Part shown: positions 1 to 12,165 of the stretch, one piece after another
How the letters are laid out: the number at the start of each line of letters is the position of its first letter
Numbering within the stretch: the stretch's first letter is position 1
DNA from: Catajapyx aquilonaris
Taxonomy: Eukaryota
Assembly (NCBI GenBank): GCA_000934665.2
Contig: KZ538127.1
Span: forward strand, 1 to 64,000
DNA length: 64,000 bases
Direction of reading: 5' to 3'
The notes under the pieces: model-generated
What the model was told of the DNA's origin: nothing
Seen by the model: only the letters and a program-made list of their open reading frames with translations
Databases searched by the model: none
Translations under genes and position numbers: made by a program

Positions 1-3000
1 AGTCGCACCGACGCTTGTATGTCTCAGATGGAGTTGACTGTAAAGATAATAAAATTAACAATAATAATCTGTCTCATACTCAAGCTTCTACCCGAGCAGT
101 TAGCCACTTGAAATGCTCACCTCATGGTAGGAGGCATCAATGTCCTCAAATTCATCGGACAATGACTCTGAATCGGAGAACCCTTCAAACGACGATGGTG
201 TTTCCAGCATGTCCAGTCCCACGTGCTCTTGTTGGTGCTCGAGGAGCCAGCCAACCAGTGCTTCAGGACTGGGCGCCACGATGTCCCCTGCGCCTACAGC
301 GGCTCCACCGACTCCACCGCCTACTCCAAGTGCCTTCACTGCTTGCTCCACTCCTTTACGACTGAACCCCATTTCCATGAGCTGCTGAACCAGAGGCGTC
401 GGAGGAGGCGAGTTTGGATTGGCGATTCTGCGGCCACCACGCATGGACTTGGGTGGACTGTTGGATGCGACTGGTGACGGCAGGGACGTGTCACTCCCTG
501 GTGTCGAAACGTCACTTGCGATGGTGCCAGCACCCACGTTCTTCCGCTCCTCTGCGGCCAAGTACTGACACAATGCCAGTGCAGCGTCCTCAAGTTCCTC
601 CTTCCCAAACATGGCTTTAACTTGTGACGGCTGTGTTGCTTTAGACAGAACCACCTGTATAAGTAGGTTGGGTCCAGACCCTGGATCGTCTCCACCTGCT
701 GCTTCATCCTCCTTCATTCTAAGAGGAGGCGGCTTCAGGACTCGACGTAGCCGTCCGCGATGAGAAAAGATGACCTGACCTGCCTTGAGCATTGCCAGTC
801 GTTGCTGCTGCTGCCGTAGCATTCCCCTGTTTATGTCTGGGCCTTCCAGGGACTGTGGAGCAGCTGTACTTGTAGATCCACAACGAGGCTTCCGATGGTC
901 ATCCACGGCCAGGGTGAGCAGTGCCACCCACATTTTCTCAGTTTCTTCACTCATAGGAAATTTGGATATGTCAAACGGCAGAGGCGGCACTACGGTCAAG
1001 TTACCCAGTGCATATTTCCGCACTTCGAATGTCTCTAACGACTGAACATACAGCTTCCCATGCTGGCTGATCCGGCATACGGTTCCTTGTCCCCCATCCT
1101 CTGTTGACACAAGTCCTCCAATTCGTGGCCTGGTGTCCATCCCTCCAATGACGCAGAGAGCGGCCACAACTGCAGCTTGACGATTGAGTTGGGTATCCAA
1201 TCTCTTCTCCTCCGCAGTCAGATTGATTCTGGGTACATCCGCGACGAGATCAGGAAGCATCGCCATTTTAGCTCCCAGGAAGCGATTGATTACGTCGTTC
1301 CAAGACGGGAGTAAATGAAGCGTACGAAGCAAGCAAATGCATTCTTCTGCAACAGTGCTTGAATGGGATGCCGTCAGAGCCACACGGCTACTCGGATTCT
1401 TATGCATCTTGTGCAACGTGTCTGACGATTGCAATACTGGGTCTGCTTGGCATAGCAGAGCCGTGTATCCCAGTAGATGGAAGATCCTCTCCAGTAACGA
1501 CTGCCTTTCCACATCAGCCGCCTGCCACACCGGAAGGACAGCCTGAAGCAGCCGCAGTGACATGATCTGCTTCGGAAGGGTAACAATCAGGCTCTGATCC
1601 TGCCCGTCCACCATAGCCAGAAGAAGTTTAATCCACGAAGGACTGCTGAGGGACTGACAGATCAATCTAGTTGCGGCTATGGCTCGGATGAAACCAAATG
1701 TGGCCCACTCCAGATGTTGTTCCTTGGAAATGAGCTTCTTCAGAGGGGTTGACCCATCCGTATGCTGGTTGCCACACATGACAATATCCTTTAGAAAAGC
1801 GCAGGTGGTATTGATGGCAGTTAACTGCATGTGCTCAGATTTGATGCCAGTCGCAATGGTGATGCTCTTCGCTAAGGTGATGCAGGCTTGGCGGATCAAC
1901 TGCGTCGGATGCTTTCCGTCTGATGGGCTCACTGCAACCTCTATGCAACAGGGATCCTCACCCTCGGAGTCCGAATCACACTCCCCTTCTATCGGCACAG
2001 GTGGTTCGGCCAATTTCAGGTCGTACTTTCCTTCCTTTCCCATACGGTATGAGTTGGTAGAGCCATTGTCCCACTGCACTCGAATCCAACCGTCCTCACC
2101 AAGTTCGCCTATCACTCGACCCTCGCCTGGTGGTGGACCATCCTGAAATAAGGCGGCCAATTTTGACACATTCCCAAGGGGAAAAAAATTCACAATTAAC
2201 GAACACCGTACCTGGTCTCCCCATTTCCAGTCGACACCCCGAATGACACGAGTTCCAATCTTCATCAGGGCAGCCAGTTCAGGTCCACTCAATGGAGGTG
2301 GAAGCGGCTTGGACTTATGCAGCATATCTTCAAACACGGCAAAAACGGTGCGATTCTTCTCCTCCAATTGGCGAGTAGCATTCGGACCTTTAGAGACGAC
2401 ATAAATAATCAATTTAGCCTATAGTTATTTCTCATTGCTTGTGACCAGATGTGCGGAACTCACCGACGCATCTGAGTAGAGTTTGCACCAGCGACAGTGC
2501 CCCCGAGTTGAGTATGAGCCCAACCTCGCTCCCGTGGTGATTCCCTGTCATCATTCCCATCACTACGAGTATGAATCTGGCACACGGCAAGGTTCCTATC
2601 CCGTTCTGATCCCGATGGTTGATGTTTTCCTTTGGGCGAGTCCCCCGCTGGGCTCTCAAGCCTGTTAAATGTTCCGCCTGGTGTGTCAGCCGTCTCAGCT
2701 CACTCACAGCCCAAGTCAGTACGTCTGACTGAGCCAGAAATATCTGTACTTTCGCATACGGGGAGGTCAGCTGGATGTTTTCCATGCAATGTGGCAGAGG
2801 GTCGCTTTGTACCGAGCTGTGAACCAGTCCCAGCCATCCGTTCAGAAGCGAGTATTTCACAGACGGAATGAGCTGTTCACGCTTCAGAAGCTCCAGCATA
2901 GTACGGATGCCACGCAGTCGGATCTCCGAACGCTCCACTTGGCAATAGAGGGCCCGACGGATCACTTCAATGTCTCCGGAATCTTCCTGGAGTATGAACT

Positions 3001-6000
3001 CGCAAACTTGGTTCGCTAGAGCAACAGACAGTTGCGCTGGGATTGGAGTCTCGGCTACATGAAGCGAAAATAATGTTATAAAATGGCCATGACGTAAAGA
3101 TTAAATGCTGAAGTACCTTTTATGTTCGTTGACGCTTTGACATGGCAACTTGCAGCTTCCAATTGCATCTGCAGTACTGGATTATTGCTCTGTACATTTC
3201 CATCAATTTCGTCAGTTAATTTCAATCCGAATTTCTGCTCCTCTATTTCACTCGTTTGTTTCTCTGCGGCCATCTGCACATCTTGACTCTGCAAATATTT
3301 CGAACATGTATTGACAAATTGATGCAAAAAAGAAATGTCCGCTAATCCAACCTGTATTGTTGCATTGACTATATCTTCAGGTTTAGTTGGCGGCTCGAGT
3401 TTGGCAGCACGATTGTCTTGGATAACGTTATGAACCACTTTCTTCCATCTAGGCATGGTATGCAGAAGCTGGACTTTTTCTAGCGCCTCCACTTCAATAC
3501 TGCACGCAGGTCGAACCTCATAAAACAAGAACCTGATGGATGGAAGAGTGCGATTAATGTTTCATAAGTACGTAGCACTAATTGTAATTACCTGCATTTA
3601 TCCAGGACTGGAGCACAAACTTCTTTGTACGATCGATTTTGCTCTTGTCGTGTCTTGATTAAATTCCATTTTGTTTGATGCACAATCCTGATGATTTCCG
3701 TCAGCGGTTTGGAAAGTTTGACCGATCCAGAAGTGCTTTCAATTTCTAAGAGGAAATACAGCAATAGCATTATTAATAATAGCAAAAGACTCATATTGCG
3801 GATAATTTTCAAAAAAGTGTCTACAGCATACCTTGTTCGACTAGACTCATTACATGGGGACCCAAAGCCTGGTGCTTGAGAAGAACGGCTAACAAGAGAC
3901 GCCCCATTTCTTCGACTGGATGGTCCGCACTGAACTCCATGTGAGTAAAAAGGTGGTGCTGCTTGCAGTGACGCTCAACCATGCACATTAAAGCTCGTAC
4001 GGCCACATCCTGAGAAATTACCATCATATTAAAAACCAACACTTGCCGAAAAACCTAAGTCGTACGTCAATAAAAATTATATCCCACCTGCAGTCGACTC
4101 TCGGCCAATCCTTGCAGTAAATTGATTGACCTGTCTTCGCATGTATTCTGCTTCATTTGATTAGCCAGGTCCTCCATTTTAGTCACTTTAGGCTCCGTAG
4201 GTGTGGTTCCCGACAGTGGAGTTGCAGCGGCTGAGCTGGTGCTGCGGGCTTCTCCTTTCTCCTCTTCGAATGGGTTCGGAGGATGAAGCACCTGCAGGCC
4301 ACCTCTGAAGAAGTCCGATTGCAGCCATCGGTGACACTCCTCTTCCCAAGCCTGGAGACGATATTATATTTGCATTGATTTTGTACACTACGTCTGTTTG
4401 CAAATGCAAAATCATCTCAATGCAACTGACCTGCAAAGGTGTGCTTTGGACTAAGTTGTGACAGTGAAGCCCGAGGAAAAGTGCCAGGGTGCGCTGGACG
4501 TCCATCAAAGGAGAAGACACAGTGCTGGAATCAAGCACTTGCACTACTTCCTGCTCAGGGTCGATGTAGTTGCCGACAAAGCAAGCCTGCATCATTTCCT
4601 TTGCGGCAGGGGAGTGACATGCGGCTTCAAATGCCTGGGTCGCATCTCTTCCAGAGAAACGCTGCAAGGTTTCACTTCCACATGGAGCTTGTGACCTGAA
4701 GTCCTGCACGTCATAAACCTTGCCGTTTATCAATATCCACAAACCACCATCTTTGTTGTGATTCTCGAGATCTGCTCTGCGGATAACGGGAATGTCTTCG
4801 ACTGGTTTCTGTCCCATAACTGGAGAATGTGAGGAGACTGGAAAGAGCACAGGAAAATTACGCACTCGTCACATCATCAACGGACAATATATTTACCAAT
4901 AATTCCCGGCCACGAAAGGTCCTCCAAGTCTTCCTTGTCAACTCCAGGTGCCAACCGATTGAACTTATCCAGCGAATCCAAAAGGGGAGCCAGTATTGGA
5001 ATAAGAATAACTTTCTGGAAAAACACCTTCACATGCATCTGCAATAATATCAAGCACACCACCAGTTCTGGCAGCAGGATTCCTAAAATCGGAAGACATA
5101 TGATTTTAATAACAAGAAAAGAATTTGCCAGCAATATTGATGGTCCGAGCCTCACCAACAATGTCTTCTTCCATGATGGATGCTGCCAGAGCAAAATGTT
5201 TTCCGCTAAATGACGCTATGCACGAGGCTACTGACAATGTGTCGGAAATGTGGTTGCAGAGCAGCTTCACGTACTTCTTCAGAAGGGATCCCGCTCCCAT
5301 CAGTTCTTGGTCCACTGTAAATGTCCAATGCAATGTCAAGATCAATTTGTTCCGATCTCAACGACACAGTGTCGCAATGCCCATGAAATCAGTTGATTAC
5401 CTTGGCAGCATGCAGCTTTTTCGTCATTTCCATGCGAGTACAGCTCGGCAATGAGCAATCTCTGGAACCGAAGAAGTAGGTCCAAACTGGGCGACTTGTC
5501 GTCGTCATGTTTCTCGCTTCCAGATTCTAGATTCAGGAAGCCAGAGTTGGACATCGACATGTTCTCGGGAGCGACTGACTGCAAACGTGTCAAGGTTTGA
5601 ACACTGGCGTTCCTAAAAAATGGATTTAAAAAACACATGTCAGGGTGAAATATTTCCTTAATGACAATTTGCATTGCCTACCTCAGCAGCTGTTTGACTA
5701 AATGAAGTAGAGGAATAGAAGAAGAGCTCCCGTCTTCTCCATGCGTGACTTCTTGAGTTCGTTTGGTTTCTGATTCGAGCACGGCTTGGTCTGTCATCAA
5801 ATTGTGATGCTTGGATTTGTCTCTGTTCAGACCTTTCTCAACATCCTTCTCACCGAGTTCTTCCAGCTCTTGGAGCTCAACTGCAAATCAGTGAATACAG
5901 CAGTTTATTCAAGTTATTAAAACAAAACTGTACACACGAGAGAATACCTTTTATAGCGGCCTTCAGAGCAGTCTCCAACCCGCCATCTGCCATAAGACTA

Positions 6001-9000
6001 GACACCAACAAATCCGTCATGAATCTTCTTCCTGGGCTGACTCCAGACGGATCGGACCCAGTCGCAGGAAGCAAGCTGGATAAAGCTCGAGCCCTTTCAT
6101 CGGCAGTGGGTAGTAGTATGCTCCACCCTGCTTGTAGAGCCGCCTGTGCCGCACTCTGAATAGTGTTTAGCACTCCAGCGTTACTCGCAAGTTCCACGAC
6201 TCGCTGCTTGAGACTGGCCAGAAGCCTCGAACCCATCTCTAGTCCCAGCGACTCTGGACTCACGCCATGGCTTATCACCGCATGCAGTTGAAGCCTCAGG
6301 AGATTGAGGGCCGCAACGGCCATGCACTCCTTGTCTTGCGATGGAGGCCAATCGGAGCGGCCATCCAAGCCGTCACCCACTTTGCGCAAGAGGTCATCAA
6401 GAAGTGCGAATGTCTGCTCACATATGTCTACAACAAATGGGACTCTCAAGTTGGTGCTCCATTGAGAGCTGCTGCTCCAAACGAAGCTCTGTGACGGGCC
6501 GCATGAAATCCCGACAATCCGCTTCCCCTGAAGTGAACTCAGCAGGGTGGGTTCGCTGACATGACTAGCTCCACCTATGCCTCCGGATATATCCCCGAGC
6601 TGCCCTTGGTCATTACGGCCCCATCCGTACACCTCACCATCGTCAGTGAGGGCAAGGGTATGAGTGGATCCAACCGCAATCTCAACCACCGCCTTCCCTG
6701 AAAGCCCTTCTACCAACTTGGGAAATCGCACATGTTCCTCCGACCCATGGCCAAGACGCTGGTTATCACCTTTGCCCCACGTGTACACCACACCATGTTT
6801 AGTCAGGGCCACGGAGAACTGTGCTCCGCAGTGCACCTTCACTACTTCCAGGCCTTGAAGCTTGTCGATAAGTTTCGGTGTCTTGGATCCATCACTGCCA
6901 CCTCGTCCTACAGAATAAAATCATGTGGTTCATTGCATTTTTACAACTCATTATATCTTATTCAGGAATAATTCTTTTATGCCACATTTACATGCGAGCG
7001 ATTTGATCAGCGATTGTTACTTTCCAAACAATTGGTTTCATCGCTGAGCAAATCGCTCACATGCGACCTTATGCTGCATGTAAATTTCTAACCTCCTTTT
7101 CCACCATATATCGCAGTATCTCACCTAGTTTTCCGTAGTCGCCATCCCCCCAGGAAAACACAGCTCCGTTGTCAGTCACAACCAATGTTTGTGCATCTCC
7201 ACTTCCGCAGGCAATATCAATGATTCGATGTCCCTTCAACGCAGATACGATGGTCGGGGAATTCTGATCCTCGCTGCTACCATGTCCCAACCGGCCGTAG
7301 GTCCCACGTCCCCAAGTGTACAGCTCACCACTGGCAGTTACAGCCGCACTGTGTACAAACCACATCAATTACACTACCATATCGAAAGGGATTACGTCAA
7401 TAACTTGCCTGTATGTGCTGCCACTCGCAACACGGATGACATTTTTCCCAACAAGGCTCTGGATGAGGGTCGGCTCATCTCTGGAGTTGTTATCACCGTG
7501 ACCCAATCTGCCACCATCACCGCTGCCCCACGAGTACACCTCACCGTCAGAACACAGGGCCAGGAAATGCTTCCCATCAGCATGGGCAGCAACCTGAACC
7601 ACTTCCTTCTCCCCGAAACCTTCAAGTAGCTGCGGACACTGAAAAAAAAACAATGGTCATTACAACGTCTACTTGCTGGACTTTTCGCAGCATCCTAACC
7701 TGTGTCTCGGAGCTGTAGTACATGACGTAGACTTGACCAGAAAGTGTCAGCACCAACAGGCACCTCTCGGCACAGCAAACCTGCCTCACGCCCAACTCTC
7801 CGATGGCATCACAGAATTGTGGGGTGGTAGTCGGAGAGGATGACGACCCACCATTGTTGCCCCCACCATTGTTGTTCCCATTGTTGTTTCCACACCACGC
7901 CAACCAGCCGAGGGACAACACTTCTTGATACTGGCCAGATCCCTGAGCCTATCGCATACATCAATTATTATCACAGCCATTGTTACTTCCAAAAAACATA
8001 ATGGCCCAAACCGTACCTTGCAAAATGACGTGGGTGGTGCGTATGGCACTGCAAGTCTGTCCAGATGCGACATGATGACCACTGCGGCCTGCCTGAGATC
8101 CACGGACACTTCGTCATATTCTGGCAGCTGCAGGAAGCGTAGGAAGCACTCGGTGGGACTAACGAGTGGGTTGGCCGCTCCTTCCCCCCACACCTCGGCT
8201 TCCGACACACTTCTGCTCTTGCTGCACAGAATTTGATCAAATCTGCGCAGGATTGGGAGCAACGGAGTGCTGGTGCCGGACGACACCATCCGGTTGTCCA
8301 GCTCGTACTTTCCTTTGTCCCAGAGATGCAGTAGCAATAGGACAGCTTCCAAAACACGGCTCAATGACCCTTGCTGGGCAGCCAATTCCAGCAAGAGGCA
8401 CAGTGCTGTATGGCGATCAGCCGTTGGGATGTTGGTCAGGCCGCATCCACCGTCATTTACATCTCTGAAATTGTAACCATTACTGCATTAAAAATTATGA
8501 CATTGAAAAAAAAAGGAAGAGTATAAAAATGGCTAACCCTAACACGACTGATCTGAGGAACTTTGAGGCCCGGTCCACCACTTCCAGCCAAACGGATGAA
8601 ACCGATCCTTCGTCAAATAGGGTCGCTTCTGGAAGTGACTGAAGCGCTTCTAGGGCTTCATGAAGCAGCTCGGTACAAAGATCTGCATCTTCACCCGACC
8701 GCCAAGCCCGACGCAGAAACGCAAAAGCAAAGCTCAGAGCCGCTCTCGACCCAACTCGAGCCAATCCAAGAGTTGCCTTCTCGCAAGCTTTCACGCTGAA
8801 ATATAAAAGTGAGAAAATTACTTTTCTTCTAACAATTTGTGTCGAGAGTTTGTACCTCTTTGGATCTTTCACGATAGTGGCAGTTGCATTGCTCATCTTC
8901 CGCTTTGGACTCCTCCCCATGTCATGCGGCATATGACGACTTAATGCTATAAAGTACCGCTGGATTACGACCAAACGTTGTCTTAATCGGCATGATGAGA

Positions 9001-9530
9001 GGGTGGAACCGGCCGCATCGCCACAAAGCGTCTTCTGCTCGTAGATTAGCGAATTCAGGCATGACTGCAGCTTCTCTATTCCTAAATGGGAGGCAATTAG
9101 TGCATGTTTGCGGCGGTTGGCGCTAAACAGTCGTACCAGGCTGCTGCCCCCATGTCCAGGTGTCCATCATTCCTCTTGAGGGCGGCGGCACCTTTCCTCC
9201 CTGCTCCTTCCTCTCAACCTCCTCTCGGTCCAGCTTCTGGCACGGCTGGCAGTTGCACCCAGTCTGCGGCCCGCATATCCCGTCGCAGCACGGACAAGTC
9301 AGCACCCTCATCCCGCAGTAGTAATGCCCGCTCTCCCCTTTCCGCGAAGTGATCCCCACGGAATTGAGCAGCCCCTCGCTGAACGCCCCGGTCAGCTCCC
9401 CATCCTTGACCATCTCGTTCCACAAGTGGCACAACCCATCTCGGATGAATGCCCGCTGCAGGTCCGTCTTCAGCCACTTGCCATCCAGCCTGGACTGTGT
9501 CCGCAACACCACTTCAACCTGCCTGGACAT
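1..9530 (-). CDS. HERC2: HERC2 giant E3 ubiquitin ligase, 5' part (continues beyond window start)
   Basis: The N-terminus [32 protein letters not shown] and [30 protein letters not shown] match HERC2. Domains in order: RCC1-like repeats (WGxGDxGRLGHG), cytochrome-b5-like, MIB/HERC2 ([17 protein letters not shown]...[11 protein letters not shown]), UBA-like (LMEMGFSR), start of CPH (YKRRCD). Frame-consistent exons (minus): 9137-9530, 8856-9081, 8538-8795, 8017-8464, 7700-7948, 7409-7638, 7125-7348, 5948-6907, 5682-5880, 5401-5612, 5156-5314, 4897-5082, 4431-4837, 4088-4351, 3832-4009, 3592-3745, 3352-3532, 3117-3288, 2464-3054, 2212-2387, 121-2142, 1-37. Confidence 0.96.
6986..7085. mobile_element. 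Short palindromic MITE-like element in a HERC2 intron
   Basis: Inverted arms 6991-7014 and 7040-7063 are complementary at 22 of 24 positions. Related copies lie at ~23823-23930 and ~27299-27413. Confidence 0.6.
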
Positions 9531-9900
9531 CCTGAAGCGGTGCTAGCTCCAACGCATCGTAGTGCCTATCACCTCATGTCTCTGCAAAGAAAGTTTGGAT
9601 TGTAACGTACTGGAAGTACATTTTAATGCTGCGTACACTGAACGGATTGCACCGGTATGACTAGGGCTTACCCTGGCGACAACCAGGACTGAACCAGACA
9701 ACCTCTGGTGTGTCTGCAAGGCTCTGAAGTTCTCCAGGGTTTCTTCCAATGTCACTAAACCACCAGATGATCACCAAAATAATTCCACAGGACCTCTTCC
9801 TTCAGTGTTCCTACGCCTCCATATATCCACTATCGACTAATTATCCGGATGTTGGGTCCCGAAGGAAGTCACCAACTGTTCCAAAAATAATTTAACAAAT
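9531..9900 (-). other. HERC2 5' UTR with an intron (9582-9671) and short uORFs
   Basis: GTAAG donor at 9671 and tttctttgCAG acceptor ending at 9582. uORFs are MEA* (9811-9822), MR* (9569-9577) and MRWS* (9543-9557). The TSS is approximate. Confidence 0.6.
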
Positions 9901-9964
9901 AAGGAAGTCAATTATTTCAACGATTAATTATCACCTTTTTCATTACGAAAAATTTGTGATCGAA

Positions 9965-10012
9965 TGACGTCACACCGGGGGGAGGAGGTCACGTGATCGG
10001 CCAGGCGGGAAA
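9965..10012. promoter_or_regulatory. HERC2 proximal promoter motif cluster (CRE, E-box, E2F)
   Basis: TGACGTCA 9965-9972, GTCACGTGAT 9988-9997 and GGCGGGAAA 10004-10012 lie within 50 bp, just upstream of the inferred first exon. Confidence 0.6.
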
Positions 10013-11138
10013 TACGAATGTTGGTACTGTACAAAAATAATAATAGCGAATTTTTGTAGGTGCATTTGCTGAGTACAATTATGTAATAAGGGGAAAAAAA
10101 TGCTTCCTTGTTTTGTTAAAGAGTTCCTCTGCGAGTATTATCAGCTTGCAAGGTCAAAATGTACTTGTTGTAATCTAACAAAATGTCAAGGACAGGAAGG
10201 GGTAGTAAATAGGCTTAATTCTGGCGTCGGCTATCATTCATAACAAATTTTTTTTCCACGTTCCACTGTACTTAGCGGTCATGAAGTGGGCAATCACATT
10301 ATTTCCCCGGCCATCAAAACCTGAGAAGAAAGATGTTGTGCATTGTCCTCTCTCAGCCCCAAAAATAGCCCCATGTTGACACATTTCTCATACTATAGAT
10401 TCCTGTAGCCTCCTTAGGCGCAGGCGTGTGGCTGATTTGGCAGCAGTGTGCGTAGAGAGGCAGTCGACATCCTGTCATCGATTGAAAGACCCCCAGTCCA
10501 ACATATTGAGCCCCTGTCTGGAGAAAAGTGTCCATCATATATAGATTTTGTTGCTGCAGGCTTAACTTTTACTGGTCCAACACGTACCAACACATCCATT
10601 GTTACAGAGAGCAAGTGCAGGTATGTTTGAGCACGGCGGTGCAGCACTAAAGCATGTTTGTACATTAAAGTGTTGCCTTGGTATAATCAAGACGTAGTTT
10701 CATAATATGGAGGATTTTGAACCTGTTGCTGTGGGCAGTGATTGTCTACAATGCAACTAACCGCTATTGATTAATGTTTTTGTTGTTGCTGCAGATATCT
10801 TGGATTCCGCGGATCATTCCTTTCGTCTTGCCCGGTTCTTGCCCTAGCAGGTAAATATCCCACTGATGTTACTATTCCTCTTACCCAAACCTCATCAAAA
10901 TATTCAGGGTATAACAATTTATATGTGGTTCCAAACCAGAAAGTTATCTTCAATAATTGCAACATTGATAACTCGGTTGGGCTCCTTTTCATTTTGTAAT
11001 GGTTGAACTGACGTTAGACACTACAAGTTAGTTGTGCAAACAATGCATTAGTTTTATTTAGATATTAATATTTGTTCTTGCTTTTTACAGTTGATTGGCG
11101 AAAGAGGACTACCAGACGAATTCTTCCTAGCCGGAGAG

Positions 11139-11555
11139 ATGAAGTCATTTTGTTACAGATGGACCATTGAAAACTACAAGCCTTACGAAATGGCTGAAAG
11201 AGTACTTAAATCTGATCCGTTCCATATCAGTGGATTGGACACGACAGAATGGCAGCTGCACCTTTATCCTAATGGCAACTCAGATCAATGCGCTGGTTAC
11301 CTTTCTCTGTACCTGCAATGCCATTCCGTAGCGGATTACTTCCAATTCCCCAACACATTTACCTACACCATTAAGAGCACCAATGACGACCTGGACTACA
11401 CTAAGAATGTTTCTGCACAGGTGAACATAAATCCCGAGCAATATGCGTATTGCGGATGCCCTGAATTCATTGAAAGCAAAGTCTTGCAGGAAAGAGCATC
11501 CGACCTCCTTCCAAACAATTGTCTGACTTTGGTTTGCACTGGGCTGTCAATGTAA
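11139..11555 (+). CDS. Stand-alone MATH (TRAF-like) domain protein, SPOP-related, no BTB (~138 aa)
   Basis: FCYRWTIENY...LKSDPF...WQLHLYPNG...YLSLYLQ...FIE...LLPNNCLTLVC aligns to the SPOP MATH domain, and the stop comes right after the domain. An acceptor ends at 11090. A probable 5' exon at 10795-10850 has an in-frame stop, so the start is probably ATG 11139. Confidence 0.75.
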   Translation: MKSFCYRWTIENYKPYEMAERVLKSDPFHISGLDTTEWQLHLYPNGNSDQCAGYLSLYLQCHSVADYFQFPNTFTYTIKSTNDDLDYTKNVSAQVNINPEQYAYCGCPEFIESKVLQERASDLLPNNCLTLVCTGLSM

Positions 11556-12040
11556 ATATGACTTGGCCAAAGGACAACTGTTGGGGCCAAATGATGTGGA
11601 GTCATCTTTTATTCTGTCCTGTACTACACAATGTGGTGTGAGAACTATATGTAATGTATAGGCTCCCTGGGTACCGTATTGTAATTTTTGTATTTATTTG
11701 GAGAGAGATAATTTTTAAAAAAAGTCAGGATCTGCATTTCTGTTGGAATTTATTCCAAAAAATTAAACCGTTCAGTATTCAGGCCAATTTTAACTAGAAA
11801 ATAGTTTAATTATTATTTACTAGTTGTTTTTGAACAGCGTCTCACACGTGAGATTAAGCCGTCCAAATAAATGTCCTATATATTCCCCCATATGTTTTAT
11901 CCCGTGGGCATTATTACCTGTACACCTGTCAAGAGAATAAAGTTGTTGTACTGATCCAACTGTTTCTGAAAAAATATTAATAATTGTAGGCTGTTTAATA
12001 CAGTACTGTATATAAGTCAACACTTTTTTTTTGAAGTTTT

Positions 12041-12165
12041 CATCTGGCATCCCTGCAACCCATTGCTTTCATCTGGCAACCCTGATTCCAAAATGGCTGG
12101 AAACCTGCAAAAATTCTTCAGATTCTCCCAAAAATTGAATCAGCTGCAGGTCTTCCTAAGCTGTT
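12041..12165 (+). promoter_or_regulatory. MTCH copy A promoter: twin TGGCAACCCTG-type motifs plus YY1-like CAAAATGGC
   Basis: ATCTGGCATCCCTG 12042-12055, ATCTGGCAACCCTG 12071-12084, CAAAATGGCTG 12089-12099. Alignable to the DDX31 promoter. Confidence 0.6.

Noticed and set aside
15..9605. Plus-strand ORFs overlapping HERC2
   Set aside because: Antisense shadows of GC-rich coding exons with no independent protein signature.
10280..10630. Possible upstream coding exons of the MATH gene (MKWAITLFPR..., ORF 10448-10630)
   Set aside because: The first ORF stops after 32 codons, and the splice path to 11091 is out of frame with MATH. Treated as UTR or decayed sequence.
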